This document shows, piece after piece, positions 1 to 10,855 of a stretch of 64,000 bases of DNA. Origin of the DNA: an uncultured Bacteroidota bacterium (GTDB lineage Bacteria; Bacteroidota; Bacteroidia; 2-12-FULL-35-15); NCBI GenBank assembly GCA_903847205.1, contig CAINDA010000004.1, forward strand, positions 210-64,209. The letters run 5' to 3'. Position numbers and translations under genes: made by a program. Position 1 is the first letter of the stretch. Each line of letters begins with the position of its first letter. Below the pieces are notes generated by a model. That model saw only the letters and a list, made by a program, of their open reading frames with translations, was not told where the DNA came from and did not search any database.

Positions 1-1102
1 TTGACCAGATAGTAATTAATTGTTTTCTGTTTTCAGCTTCTGCAACTGCGTCCTTTTTATCCTGATCTGCTTTGGCTGCCGTTTCTTTTTTATCAAAATC
101 ATATTGCATTTCTTTACGGACTAATTGCTTTTTATTTTCCTGGCTGAAAATGGTATCTTTTAATGCTATTGCTTTTTTGTAATAGATGAGTGCATCCTTA
201 TGCCGGCTGGTTGTTTCATAAAGCTGCGAAAGCCCCTCTTCTGATTGTCTAAGATAATCCAATTCACCAATGCTATCATAAATTGTAATTGCTCTTTTAA
301 AGAATTGTTCGGCTTCTTTAAATTTCCCAGTTTGTTTATAAAGTGAGCCGATGTTGCTAAGATTTCTTGCTATACCATTTTTATCACCCAGCTTTTCGAC
401 AATCTTTAAGGCCCTGAAATTATAGTCCAACGCTTTTTGATAATCGCCTTGGAAATTATAAACTCCTCCCAAACTGCAATAAGTGGCTGCTTGCAATTCT
501 TTATCTCCCAAATCTTCCGCACTATTTAATGCCTTGAAATAATAATTCAAAGCTTTGGGATAATTAGCTTGTAAAGTGTAAACGTTTCCAATGTTACCGT
601 AAGCTTGTGCAATTTCTTCTTTATTTACAAGGGCTTCTTTAATTCTCAAAGCTTTTAAATAATAATCCAATGCTTTAGAGAAATCGCCTTCATAATAATA
701 GATAGTGCCAATGTTCCCGAGGTATTTCCCCATCGCTTTTTTATCTTTTAAATCTTCGGCTATCTTTAATGCTTTTAAATAACAATCCAATGCTTTAGGG
801 TAATTACCTTGGTAAGTGTAAATAATACCTATATAATTATATGAATCAGTAAAGGCCTTTTTAAAATACTGTTGATTCACAAATTGCAATGCAGCATTAC
901 CATAATACAAGGCGGTATCGTAAAGGCCAATGTTTATATATTCACGGCATAATTTGTTTAGATGATTTACTCTATTGGTATCTGCTTTATCAGTTTTAAG
1001 AAGGGTTAGCAGCGAATCAATCTTTCTGTTTTGGGCAAAACAAAACGAACTAGGAATCAGGAATGAAGCTGTAAAGATTAAAAGAAAGAGAAGTTTTTTC
1101 AT
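1..1102 (-). CDS. TPR-repeat protein with N-terminal signal peptide (partial; C-terminal part lies beyond the left window edge)
   Basis: Absent from the ORF track because it is open at the window edge. Hand translation of the reverse strand from ATG 1102..1100 gives MKKLLFLLIFTASFLIPSSFCFAQNRKIDSLLTLLKTDKADTNRVNHL.... Further in there are repeated TPR-like units (GDYQKALDYNFRA, NYPKALNYYFKAL). Confidence 0.6.
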   Translation of the reverse strand, partial: MKKLLFLLIFTASFLIPSSFCFAQNRKIDSLLTLLKTDKADTNRVNHLNKLCREYINIGLYDTALYYGNAALQFVNQQYFKKAFTDSYNYIGIIYTYQGNYPKALDCYLKALKIAEDLKDKKAMGKYLGNIGTIYYYEGDFSKALDYYLKALRIKEALVNKEEIAQAYGNIGNVYTLQANYPKALNYYFKALNSAEDLGDKELQAATYCSLGGVYNFQGDYQKALDYNFRALKIVEKLGDKNGIARNLSNIGSLYKQTGKFKEAEQFFKRAITIYDSIGELDYLRQSEEGLSQLYETTSRHKDALIYYKKAIALKDTIFSQENKKQLVRKEMQYDFDKKETAAKADQDKKDAVAEAENRKQLITIWS

Positions 1103-1182
1103 AGCGCAAATATACCTTATAAACACAAATGCGGATTCCTCATTTGAAGAATCCGCATTTACAAAAAAACTATCATTTAACC

Positions 1183-2130
1183 CTAACTCTTCACCATCAC
1201 AAAATCAGTTTTAATAACCTGCGCTTCAGTAACGCTGCATGTTTTTGAATCAGTTTTAAATCCGCTGAGGCTGAAAGAAACAGTATAGGTGCCAATATGC
1301 AGGCGGGTGAAACTGTAATGCCCTTTTGCATCGGTATGTTTGCTCAAATTGATTTTATTACCTGTTTTATCTTTCCCGGTAAGTTTCATTAATACATGCG
1401 GCTGGGGCAGGGCAGGGGTTTCATTATTAAATACAAAGCCCGATATTATTACAGTTTTTCTATGTCCGATAACATGTATAAACCTGTCAAGAGTATATAA
1501 TTTAAAAAACTCAGGTTTTTTTATTTTATACTGCACCATTAAGGGATCTAACCTGTTATTAAGCAAATCAATTGTATCACTAAAATATTTTGCAAGCGAG
1601 CGGGTGGCCAAAATCCTGGTGGTGGCTTTCTGAAGAGGTTTGCCTAAAAGTGATATGTAATCATAAATAGCTTTTTGCAATATTTTAAGGCCGTCAGTAT
1701 CAATACCGCAGTCAGAAAGATTTGCAGCCTGATCAGGATCCATAGTTAACGGCAGCAATATATCATGAATAAGCTGCGTCATATATCCTGCTTTATTACC
1801 TGCTGCATTAATTATTTTACTTTTATTTACGTTCAGCGATTTAAACAGTTCGGCATCTTTAATTTCATGTGCGTATGCTTTGCCTGCACTTATAGCAGCG
1901 GCAGCTAATTCAGCCATATTTTCTTTTGCCTCCAGTTTGCTTTTAGTAATCCCCACCGTTGAACTGCCTTGCTGCACAGTGCTTAATTTATTAATCTCAT
2001 TAATATTATTATGGAAATCCTTTACTGCCAGATTCATTTTTGAATTGCTATTCCATGATGCAGCATTCCTTTTAAAGCATTCATCAACTGTTTCGAACAT
2101 ATTCAAATGATCAATTTGTATTTTATCCAT
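1183..2130 (-). CDS. hypothetical protein: helical N-terminal region plus C-terminal carboxypeptidase-regulatory-like beta-sandwich
   Basis: 315-aa ORF. The C-terminus VIISGFVFNNETPALPQPHVLMKL...DAKGHYSFTRLHIGTYTVSFSLSGFK fits the CarboxypepD_reg pattern. The partial ORF at 63177..64000 has the same architecture. Confidence 0.55.
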   Translation of the reverse strand: MDKIQIDHLNMFETVDECFKRNAASWNSNSKMNLAVKDFHNNINEINKLSTVQQGSSTVGITKSKLEAKENMAELAAAAISAGKAYAHEIKDAELFKSLNVNKSKIINAAGNKAGYMTQLIHDILLPLTMDPDQAANLSDCGIDTDGLKILQKAIYDYISLLGKPLQKATTRILATRSLAKYFSDTIDLLNNRLDPLMVQYKIKKPEFFKLYTLDRFIHVIGHRKTVIISGFVFNNETPALPQPHVLMKLTGKDKTGNKINLSKHTDAKGHYSFTRLHIGTYTVSFSLSGFKTDSKTCSVTEAQVIKTDFVMVKS

Positions 2131-2760
2131 CTTAATTTGTATTAAAAGGTTTGTTTATTCTGTTTGTTTTCAAGCTTTTTAGATGCTGCTCATCAAATTC
2201 TTCATTCAATCCGCCGGTATTTCACTCCAAATCAATCAAAATTGATTCAGGATATGCCAAATTCAAATCCGGTTAGCTCACAATTAAATCTTGAAATGAT
2301 AAAATTAACTATTGATACTGCAAAATCAAAATTGAATAGGTTTAAATTTATTATGGATAATTTAAAATCAGTTATAGATTATATAAAATCAAATCAGGAT
2401 AGTATAAAATCTAATCTGTACAGCATACAATTAATAATGGTTATCATAAAATCAATATTCAATCCGCTTCTTTCAATACTGAAAAATTTAAATTCGAATT
2501 TCAGTATTCAACTTCTCATTTCCATTCATCTCAATTTGAATCTCAATAGTATAAAAACTCAAATCAGCTGAGAAATTATCTTTGCTGATTGTGTAATTTT
2601 TAAAATCAATTCACCATTTGTTAAATGCAGCAGCAGTTATTGCATTTCTTGTTATTAAATTCATATTGCTGAAATCAAAAAAAATTCTAATTTAGCCACC
2701 ACTTATTACTTTAATGCGGTAATATTGCCTATTCACTACTAACTATTTGCTGTTATATCT

Positions 2761-5616
2761 ATGAAACAAACACTTACTCCTCATTATCTTAAATTCTTAG
2801 TCCTTCTTCCTCTTCTTTTCCCGCTTTTATTAAAAGCGCAGACCGTTACCGGAACTATTAAAGACGGTAATTCAAACGAAGCGCTTTTCGGTGCAACTGT
2901 GGTTATTAAAGGAACCACCGAAGGAGGCCTTACCGATATGGACGGGCATTTTAAATTCAACACTGCCACAGTTCCTCCCTTTGTATTAGCGGTAACTTTT
3001 TTAGGATACACCACCTTGGAATATACCGTAAAGTCGCTCGAAACTCCAATCACAATAAAAATAAAACCCAACGAAACCATCCTCAAAGAAGTGGAAGTCA
3101 GTGCTGTCCGCCTCAGCGAAAAACAAAAAGAATCGCCCCTTACTGTAGAAGCTTTAGATGCTATTTCAATCAAAGAAACCCCTGCAGCCAACTTTTATGA
3201 AGGATTAGGCCAGTTGAAAGGTGTAGATATCACCGCAGCCAGTATCGGATTCCGAATTGTTAATACCCGCGGTTTCAACAGCACATCGCCTGTCCGCTCA
3301 CTCCAGATTATTGATGGAGTTGATAATCAATCGCCGGGCTTAAATTTTTCACTCGGCAATTTCCTCGGTGCTTCCGAGCTCGATGTTCAGAAAGTGGAAA
3401 TAATTGTAGGTGCCGCATCGGCTTATTACGGCCCCAATGCCTTTAACGGTGTGGTAAGCATGACCACCAAAAGCCCTTTCGTGAAACCTGGAATTGCGGT
3501 TTCAGTTAAAGTTGGGGAGCGTAACCTTACGGAATTAGCCGTCCGCTATGCCGAAGTATTTAAAAACAAAGCCGGTGAAGATAAATTAGCTTTTAAAGTA
3601 AATGCTTCCTACATGAGAGCAAATGATTGGCCGGCCGACAATATGGATCCTGCTTCTCAATCAGCCGACGGCAAAAATAACCCTGGCGGATACGATGCCG
3701 TTAACCGCTACGGCGATGAAAACCTAACTTCCGGACAAAACAATGCAAGCAGCAAAGGCCAGCAGATTCAATATCCCGGATTAAACACTTGGTACCGCAC
3801 AGGTTATAACGAAAGTGATTTAGTTGATTATAAAGCGGAAAATATGAAGCTGGGTGCAGCCCTTCATTATAGATTAAATCCCGAAACAGAAATAATTGCA
3901 GCCTCTAACTTCGGCACCGGCACAACAATATATCAGGGCGATAACAGATACAGCTTAAAAAACATCCTCTTCTTTCAAAACCGTATCGAACTCGTTAAAA
4001 AAGATAAATACTTTATCCGCGCTTACGCGACAAACGAAAACTCAGGTGATTCTTACGATGCCGTATATACAGCCCTATTACTTCAAAACCAGGCAAAGAC
4101 CGATGCCGACTGGGGCAAAGATTACCGCAATTTCTGGGCAGGAGCTGTTCCAAGCAACACACCTAACTGGGTTCCCGGCGGCATGAAAGGCCTTGTAAAA
4201 GCACTGCCCGGTTTCCCCACACAAGGCGGACCGCCAAATTATTATTACGATTATGGAATGGCTGATGCTGTAATAGCGGCCAATCCAGCTTCAATGAACT
4301 TGTGGCATTCCTATGCAAGAGGCTTTGCGGATAATAACCGCCTTGTTCCCGGAACACAGGCCTTTACTGATGCATTTAATAACATCATCTCAAAACCTCT
4401 CGAACAGGGCGGTTCAAAGCTTATCGACAGGTCTGCCCTCTACCATGTTCACGGCGAATACAAATTTACTCCCAAAGTAATGGATATTACCGTTGGCGGA
4501 AACTTCAGGTTATATACTCCCAAATCACAGGGCACCGTATTCAGCGATACCGGTAATGTAAAAATTACTAATTACGAATTCGGTTTCTATACCGGCTTGG
4601 AGAAAAAGTTAATGAACGAAAAGCTGAAGTTAAACCTTACAGCCAGAGTTGATAAGAACCAGAATTTTAATTTTGTTGTTTCACCAGCAGCCTCTGCAGT
4701 TTATAATTTAAACAAAAACAATATTTTCCGCATCTCTTTTTCATCCGCAATACGCAACCCGACTTTAGCTGATCAATATCTTTATTATAATGTCGGGAGA
4801 GCCATCCTCTTAGGAAACGTAAACGGAGTCAAGAATTTAGTAACCCTGCCTTCGCTCTCAGATTATTACGGCGTGGCGCTTCCGCAGAAAAGTTCATTGG
4901 TTTATTTTGATGTAGCTCCGGTTCGTCCGGAAAAGGTAAAATCAATGGAGATAGGCTACCGCACCACTCTTTTTCATAATGTATTTATTGATGGCAGTTA
5001 TTATTTCAGTTATTACAAAGATTTTTTAGGATATAAAATCGGAGGTGATGTACGTTTTGCTCCGGCGCCGCTGAATAATAATGTATCCGACATTACTTTT
5101 TACAGGGTTGCGGCTAACTCCGATGCAACAGTTACAACTCAGGGAGCTTCAGTCGGCTTGACGTATTACCTCAAAAAATTCTTTGCCTTTAATGCCAATT
5201 ATTCCTGGAACGTTTTACAAAAGAAAAGTTCAGACGATCCTATTATACCTGCATTCAACACTCCCGCAAATAAATTCAACATAGGTTTCAGCGGAAGAGA
5301 AATCAATACTCACTTTACTTTGTTCAGCATGCTGTTTAAAAATATGGAACCTATTCCTATCCGAAATTTCGGATTCAGCGTCAATTACAAATGGATTCAA
5401 GGCTTTTTATACGAAGGCTCCCCTCAGTTTACCGGCGAGGTTCCAACGTATGATATGGTAGATGCGCAGATAAGCAAATTTGTTCCCCGCATTCACACAA
5501 CATTTAAATTAGGTGCATCCAATCTCCTTAATAATAAACAATTTCAAGTCTATGGCGGACCAAGAATCGGCCGTATGGCATACTTCTCGGTACTGCTTGA
5601 ATTAGATAGAAATTAA
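2761..5616 (+). CDS. TonB-dependent outer-membrane receptor (CarboxypepD_reg N-domain + plug + barrel)
   Basis: 951 aa. Signal peptide LLPLLFPLLLKAQ, then TVTGTIKDGNSNEALFGATVVIKGTTEGGLTDMDGHFKF (CarboxypepD_reg). Plug-like segment IVNTRGFNSTSPVRSLQIIDGVDN. Aromatic-rich C-terminal barrel ending ...YFSVLLELDRN. Confidence 0.9.
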   Translation: MKQTLTPHYLKFLVLLPLLFPLLLKAQTVTGTIKDGNSNEALFGATVVIKGTTEGGLTDMDGHFKFNTATVPPFVLAVTFLGYTTLEYTVKSLETPITIKIKPNETILKEVEVSAVRLSEKQKESPLTVEALDAISIKETPAANFYEGLGQLKGVDITAASIGFRIVNTRGFNSTSPVRSLQIIDGVDNQSPGLNFSLGNFLGASELDVQKVEIIVGAASAYYGPNAFNGVVSMTTKSPFVKPGIAVSVKVGERNLTELAVRYAEVFKNKAGEDKLAFKVNASYMRANDWPADNMDPASQSADGKNNPGGYDAVNRYGDENLTSGQNNASSKGQQIQYPGLNTWYRTGYNESDLVDYKAENMKLGAALHYRLNPETEIIAASNFGTGTTIYQGDNRYSLKNILFFQNRIELVKKDKYFIRAYATNENSGDSYDAVYTALLLQNQAKTDADWGKDYRNFWAGAVPSNTPNWVPGGMKGLVKALPGFPTQGGPPNYYYDYGMADAVIAANPASMNLWHSYARGFADNNRLVPGTQAFTDAFNNIISKPLEQGGSKLIDRSALYHVHGEYKFTPKVMDITVGGNFRLYTPKSQGTVFSDTGNVKITNYEFGFYTGLEKKLMNEKLKLNLTARVDKNQNFNFVVSPAASAVYNLNKNNIFRISFSSAIRNPTLADQYLYYNVGRAILLGNVNGVKNLVTLPSLSDYYGVALPQKSSLVYFDVAPVRPEKVKSMEIGYRTTLFHNVFIDGSYYFSYYKDFLGYKIGGDVRFAPAPLNNNVSDITFYRVAANSDATVTTQGASVGLTYYLKKFFAFNANYSWNVLQKKSSDDPIIPAFNTPANKFNIGFSGREINTHFTLFSMLFKNMEPIPIRNFGFSVNYKWIQGFLYEGSPQFTGEVPTYDMVDAQISKFVPRIHTTFKLGASNLLNNKQFQVYGGPRIGRMAYFSVLLELDRN

Positions 5617-5689
5617 GTTTTCGGAAGAGGTATTTATAATCTTCTTTTGTGGCAATATCTCATATTTCTTTTTTGTTATTAATACAAAA

Positions 5690-5720
5690 GACCTGACTGG
5701 TTTTTAAAACCTGTCAGGTC
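5690..5720. terminator. stem-loop between convergent genes (probable terminator, mainly for the minus-strand gene)
   Basis: gacctgac(5690-5697)...gtcaggtc(5713-5720) are perfect complements. On the minus strand a TTTTGTATT tract follows the hairpin. Confidence 0.5.
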
Positions 5721-5748
5721 TATAATAATAAAAAATCGATAAATATTC

Positions 5749-6261
5749 TTAATCTTTTCTCTTCTTGCGGTTGGGATTCACAAGGCTGTCAGCCGGATAA
5801 TGTGCTTTAATAGTATCATGGAGAGAAAGTGCCCATTTTTTTATTAAATCCTGCTGCGCTTCGCTTAATATCGCATTTTTGTGAATAAGTGTATATGATG
5901 ATAATGGCATTCCGCCTTCTTCCACTTCCTTTTTTATTTTTTCCAATTTATGATATTGCCTGAAGATGCGGTAATTACTGAACTCATTAAAATTCAGTTC
6001 TCTTTTTCCTTCATCAACATGATCCTGAATCCACCATTCGAAAGGCTGTATTCCGGCATACCATGGATATACTGTAAGGTTGCTGTGACAGTCGTTACAG
6101 GCTGTTTTTAAAAGCTGTTTGATAGTATCAGGCACTGGGTATTTATTAGATATATCATTAGTCATTGTATTAGATAAATTCTTCGAAGAATGAAAAAACT
6201 GAATGATAACAAACAAAGCAAGCAAACCAATTCCCAAATACTTTAATATCTTTTTTTTCAT
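5749..6261 (-). CDS. heme-binding domain protein (Haem_bd-like, single CxxCH)
   Basis: 170 aa. N-terminal TM helix, CNDCHSNLTVYPWYAGIQPFEWWIQDHVDEGKRELNFNEFS including CxxCH, as in the small Bacteroidota heme-binding domain family. Confidence 0.7.
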   Translation of the reverse strand: MKKKILKYLGIGLLALFVIIQFFHSSKNLSNTMTNDISNKYPVPDTIKQLLKTACNDCHSNLTVYPWYAGIQPFEWWIQDHVDEGKRELNFNEFSNYRIFRQYHKLEKIKKEVEEGGMPLSSYTLIHKNAILSEAQQDLIKKWALSLHDTIKAHYPADSLVNPNRKKRKD

Positions 6262-6508
6262 TCTATTTTATATAATTAAGTTTTATTTTTTTTGATCCTG
6301 TTTTTGATAAGTGTGTTTGTTAAAAATAAATTCAAACAAAAATTCATCACTCGTTTTTATTTCATTTTAACGCTGTGAAATTAATTATAAAATCTGTAGC
6401 TATTCTATAGTCAAAAAGAATACTTTTTATTTTAATAAAGCATTCAAAAAATACGGATAATTAACAACTGCAAATGCGGCCTTTACCCTTTAAAAATCTT
6501 GGGAAGAT

Positions 6509-8845
6509 TCAATTTATAAATAAAATTTTTGTAGTTGTTTTTTGACTGCCGTCCGGACTTGTGCAGAATACCATATAAACACCTGTACTTACACGGCTGC
6601 CATTAAAATTTTTTCCATCCCATATTGCCTGGCCGCCCAGCGATACCGTTTCATAAACAAGAGTGCCGCTTATATCAGTAATTTTCACAGTAGAGCTGGC
6701 TATCAAGCCTTTTATCGCGATTGGGCCTTGGTAATCATGTTTTACAGGGTTGGGAAATGTATAAACATCTGTAAAATAACTTAAACCTTCAGTGGCTTTA
6801 CCTCTGAAAGAAATTAAACCTTTATCAGTTCCAAAAAACACCTCTCCCGATTTATGATTAATAGCAATGCTCTTAACATTGTTGCTGAATAAAGGACTGT
6901 TAGAAGCATCAAAATGATAAATCTGTTTTGTGCCGTCGGCGGACATTAGAAACACACCTGAGCTGGCAGTCGAAATCCATTTTTGATTGGCGTCATCCAC
7001 CGCAATGGCCTGCACCTGCTCAGTTAAAAGTAATATTTGAACCAGCCCGTCCTGCGTTAAAAGTATCTGCTGTGCATCATAATTCTGTCCCGAAAAAACA
7101 CTTTCCGGCGAATAAAAAACGGCAATACCTTTATCGGTCCCTACCCATATTTCTCCATTCTGATCCTGGGCCATGCAAAAAACATTTGTGCTTGGCAAAG
7201 CCCCGCTGCCAATAGCTGTACTCATTTTTTTTGTATTAGATGTACTTGGAGGGTCGGTTGTTCCATTATACACAACAATTCCTCCGCCTTGGTCAAGGAT
7301 AAACCATTTTTGGTCATTTTTATCAACCAATATCTGCGTAATATTCGGAGCGTTGCCGATTATAGGAGAAAAATTTAATGCCTGCCAGGTACCGTCATAT
7401 TTTTTCATTGACAAGGATGACGGCACCCCAGAATTAGCAACCCATAATGTATTATCCAAACTCATTGCTAAACCTGTAGTCCAAATAGGAGTGTAGCCGG
7501 GAGAAAAATTAATCCGCTGTAAACTACTGTTGGATGAATTGTAAAGCTTTACAGGCACTCCGTCAGTAAATTCAAGAACACCTGCAAAACCGGTTGAAGC
7601 ATAAACATGTTTTGAATTGTTTGAATCAATCAATACATTCTGAATGGAGAATATAGTATCAAGATTTACTATAGTCGGAAAATTGCCTTTCACATTAGTC
7701 CAGTCACTGCCATTGTATAAATATAATCCATCCACCAAATAGCCGTCAGCCCCGCCTCCAGGAGCAACGGCTAAATCATTACCCATAGAGCTCATTGCAG
7801 CAACGTATGAACTCGAAGGTCCTTTGGGATAAAAATATTTCGAACTTTGTCCTGGTGTACATTCAACTAGGCCGAATTTATCGTCGGCTATCCATACCTT
7901 GTAAGAGTCATCCATAACAGCCTGCTCTGCCCGTGTTAAATCAGAAAAATATCCTGCAAAATAAAACTGGACGGTAAGTGTAGTATCTATTAATGAAACT
8001 ACTCCAGACTGAGTCATCACCAGAAAAGGGGGACAGTTTTTTAATGTTTTAATAGTTCCTCCGAAGGATGCAGGAAGGGGACTCCATGACGTGCCATCAT
8101 ATACAAAAGTTGTGTCTTTATTATATAAGCCATTTGACAATAGTTTTGATGAATTTGCAAATATCTTTCCTTTAAAAGCAGTGATGGTATTGTAAATACA
8201 TGTAACGTTGAGTATCTGTGTCGGCAAGCCGGCCATACGCGTCCATGCAGTAAAGCTTGCAAGATTAGAATTACTTAGTGAAGCTCTATAAACCCCTCCA
8301 TCTGCTGCAGCATATATAAAAGTGCCATCGGTGGTAATATCCCTTACATTAATTGAAGCACCGGTTGCTCCTATATAATAGGTATCGCTTACTTCAGATT
8401 TATTCATATCTATAACCACTATTCCGAAACCGCATGACAAATAAGCGAATTGATTAATAAAGGTGATGTTGTTTATGGCTTTGTTGCCGATAATAGCTTT
8501 ACGTTTTATGTCAGCCAGATTTATAATAGTGTTATTATCAATGATGTCAATATTGGAGTTTTTATATGCAATGAGTACTTTATTATTAAACTTGTTATAA
8601 TTCAAAACGTTCGGCTCTACATCGGCTAAGCCGTTTACTTTTGATAAACGCACCATTGAATTATCATTTTTATTAAAAATAAAAACGCCGCTTTTCGTTG
8701 CACAATATACCTTACCACCGCCTTCTGCAACGGACACGCCGTTTTTATAAGAAAGATAATCTTTCCATTGTCCGATAGGGGCATTTTGCGCCGTTAAAAG
8801 TTGTATGATAAATAAAATGGAAACTAATAAAACACTTTTTCTCAT
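6509..8845 (-). CDS. secreted beta-propeller protein with T9SS C-terminal sorting domain (size and architecture resemble PorZ; not verified)
   Basis: The ORF track starts at 8878. The signal peptide begins at the internal Met (MRKSVLLVSILFIIQLLTAQ, ATG 8845). Repeated propeller-like blades (WVGT/WFIL/WIST motifs). C-terminal ...GKNFNGSRVSTGVYMVFCTSPDGSQKTTTKILFIN is typical of a T9SS CTD. Confidence 0.7.
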   Translation of the reverse strand: MRKSVLLVSILFIIQLLTAQNAPIGQWKDYLSYKNGVSVAEGGGKVYCATKSGVFIFNKNDNSMVRLSKVNGLADVEPNVLNYNKFNNKVLIAYKNSNIDIIDNNTIINLADIKRKAIIGNKAINNITFINQFAYLSCGFGIVVIDMNKSEVSDTYYIGATGASINVRDITTDGTFIYAAADGGVYRASLSNSNLASFTAWTRMAGLPTQILNVTCIYNTITAFKGKIFANSSKLLSNGLYNKDTTFVYDGTSWSPLPASFGGTIKTLKNCPPFLVMTQSGVVSLIDTTLTVQFYFAGYFSDLTRAEQAVMDDSYKVWIADDKFGLVECTPGQSSKYFYPKGPSSSYVAAMSSMGNDLAVAPGGGADGYLVDGLYLYNGSDWTNVKGNFPTIVNLDTIFSIQNVLIDSNNSKHVYASTGFAGVLEFTDGVPVKLYNSSNSSLQRINFSPGYTPIWTTGLAMSLDNTLWVANSGVPSSLSMKKYDGTWQALNFSPIIGNAPNITQILVDKNDQKWFILDQGGGIVVYNGTTDPPSTSNTKKMSTAIGSGALPSTNVFCMAQDQNGEIWVGTDKGIAVFYSPESVFSGQNYDAQQILLTQDGLVQILLLTEQVQAIAVDDANQKWISTASSGVFLMSADGTKQIYHFDASNSPLFSNNVKSIAINHKSGEVFFGTDKGLISFRGKATEGLSYFTDVYTFPNPVKHDYQGPIAIKGLIASSTVKITDISGTLVYETVSLGGQAIWDGKNFNGSRVSTGVYMVFCTSPDGSQKTTTKILFIN

Positions 8846-9012
8846 CTGTATTGAAATATAATTTGCTATATGAAACATAAAAGTACTTATTTTATTGCAT
8901 CGAATTAAAAATGTAAGTGAAGCGAATTATATAAGCAGATTAATTATTTCGCGCTCAATCAAATTAATTTTACATTACCTTTGCACCAGATTTTACCATT
9001 TGGTAAAAGAAT

Positions 9013-9086
9013 GACTTCGTAGCTCAACTGGATAGAGTGTCGGTTTCCGGAACCGAAGGTTGGAGGTTCGACCCCTCTCGAGGTCA
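9013..9086 (+). tRNA. tRNA-Arg (anticodon CCG)
   Basis: Hand-folded 74-nt cloverleaf. Acceptor GACTTCG/CGAGGTC (one G-U). D arm GCTC-AACTGGATA-GAGT. Anticodon arm TCGGT-TTCCGGA-ACCGA (anticodon CCG). T arm GGAGG-TTCGACC-CCTCT. Discriminator A. Confidence 0.85.
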
Positions 9087-9190
9087 CTGGCTGATGAGCA
9101 GTAAACTCTTCTCTTTCTTTTTTAAGAGAAGGGCGGGCTAAATGGGATGCTGATTAGTTTCAGCGTTTGAAATAAAAAAATATTTTAAAA

Positions 9191-10234
9191 ATGGAATTTA
9201 CAGCAATACAAATATCCGAATTATTGAACGGAAGAATTGAAGGCGATGAAAATGTTATTGTTTCAAGTTTATCAAAAATTGAAGAAGGTAAAACCGGCAC
9301 TTTATCATTTTTAGCAAATACTCTTTATACTCCTTTTGTTTATGAAACAGATGCTTCGGTTATTATATTAAATAATAATGTATTACTTGATAAGCCTGTA
9401 AAACCAACATGTACACTAATTCGTGTAGAAGATGCTTACGGAAGCTTTGCTAAATTGTTAGAGATTTATTATCAAATTAAACAAGACAAAAAAGGAATTG
9501 AACAGCCTTCCTTCATTGCCCCGACTGCTCAATATGGAACCAACTGCTATATTGGTGCATTTGCATACATAGGCGAAAATGTGAAGATTGGAAATAATGT
9601 AAAAATTTATCCTCAATGTTATATCGGCGATAACACAACCATCTGCGACAATACTGTTTTATATTCCGGAGTAAAAGTTTATTACGACTGCATTATCGGT
9701 GCCCATTGCACCATACATGCCAGCACTGTTATCGGAAGCGACGGTTTTGGGTTTGCACCAAATTCAGAAAATAATTATAAAAAAATACCTCAGATAGGCA
9801 ATGTAATTATTGAAGATCATGTTGAAATAGGCTCTAACACATCTATTGACAGAGCTACAATGGGTTCAACAATTATCCGTAAAGGAGTAAAGCTCGATAA
9901 CTTAATACAAATTGCACATAATGTTGAGATAGGCGAAAATACGGTGATGGCAGGCGGTGTTTTTATTGCAGGTTCAACAAAAATCGGCAAAAATGTTATG
10001 ATCGGCGGACAGGCCGGAGTTATCGGCCATCTTAAGGTTGCCGACGGCGTTAAAATTGCAGGCCAGTCAGGCGTTGGAAATAATATTGAAAAAGAAGGTG
10101 AAACAGTGCAGGGGTCGCCTGCCTTTAAAATCAGCGATTATAAACGCAGTTACGTTTTATTCAGAAGTCTTCAAAAATTGAATGACAGAATTAGATTTCT
10201 GGAAATGGAAATAAAAAAAATAATGCAGTTTTAA
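9191..10234 (+). CDS. lpxD: UDP-3-O-acylglucosamine N-acyltransferase
   Basis: 347 aa. N-terminus [43 protein letters not shown], then long hexapeptide-repeat (left-handed beta-helix) region and a C-terminal helix, the typical LpxD layout. Confidence 0.9.
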   Translation: MEFTAIQISELLNGRIEGDENVIVSSLSKIEEGKTGTLSFLANTLYTPFVYETDASVIILNNNVLLDKPVKPTCTLIRVEDAYGSFAKLLEIYYQIKQDKKGIEQPSFIAPTAQYGTNCYIGAFAYIGENVKIGNNVKIYPQCYIGDNTTICDNTVLYSGVKVYYDCIIGAHCTIHASTVIGSDGFGFAPNSENNYKKIPQIGNVIIEDHVEIGSNTSIDRATMGSTIIRKGVKLDNLIQIAHNVEIGENTVMAGGVFIAGSTKIGKNVMIGGQAGVIGHLKVADGVKIAGQSGVGNNIEKEGETVQGSPAFKISDYKRSYVLFRSLQKLNDRIRFLEMEIKKIMQF

Positions 10235-10289
10235 ATCTCAATTTCCGAACAGAGAAAGCTTATTCAAGATAAAAGAATTTTAAATAAAA

Positions 10290-10314
10290 ATGCCCCGCAG
10301 GTTCTGCGGGGCAT
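10290..10314. terminator. bidirectional rho-independent terminator
   Basis: atgccccgca(g gttc)tgcggggcat forms a GC-rich 10-bp stem. It is flanked by an A-run upstream and TTTTTATTTTT downstream, between convergent lpxD and HU genes. Confidence 0.7.
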
Positions 10315-10337
10315 TTTTATTTTTAAGCAGCTAAGGT

Positions 10338-10613
10338 CTATTTGTTAACTGTTTTTGCTAATTCAGCACCTGCTTTAAATTTCGCAACTTTTTTTGCAGC
10401 GATTTTAATAGCTTTGCCTGTTTGAGGGTTACGGCCAGCTCTTGCTGCTCTTTTAGCAACTGAGAAAGATCCAAAACCTACTAACGCAACTCTGTCACCT
10501 TTTTTAAGTGCTTTTGTTGTAGCGCTAACGAATGCCTCTAATGCTTTTGTTGCATCAGCTTTTGTTAATTTTGTTTCTGCTGCAATAGCATCAACTAATT
10601 CTGCTTTGTTCAT
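10338..10613 (-). CDS. HU family DNA-binding protein
   Basis: 91 aa. MNKAELVDAIAAETKLTKADATKALEAFVSATTKALKKGDRVALVGFGSFSVAKRAARAGRNPQTGKAIKI is the canonical HU/IHF fold signature. Confidence 0.9.
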   Translation of the reverse strand: MNKAELVDAIAAETKLTKADATKALEAFVSATTKALKKGDRVALVGFGSFSVAKRAARAGRNPQTGKAIKIAAKKVAKFKAGAELAKTVNK

Positions 10614-10855
10614 TTTTTTGTTTTTTAGGGTTAAACATTAATTTATGAAGCAAATCTAAAATACATTCCATATACGACGCAAGTTTTAAGCTATAAAATT
10701 TTAATATTTGTTGATAATTAGGCTTTTTGTTAATAAAAATGGCTGGATATCCACCTCCTGCTGTATTTCGAATTATAAAAAACCTTCTGTTTTTATAATT
10801 TCGTAAAATTCGCAGCAGCGTAAGAAGAGTTAGTCTGCTGATTTTTGAAAACATT

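Noticed and set aside
2164-2571. 135-aa ORF in the 630-bp spacer upstream of the TonB receptor gene. Also checked this spacer for a riboswitch.
   Set aside because: The translation is low-complexity (Ile/Lys/Asn/Ser-rich) and is produced by AT-rich DNA with recurring AAAATCA motifs. No start context or domain. I could not recognise any riboswitch core (cobalamin, TPP etc.), so no RNA call is made.
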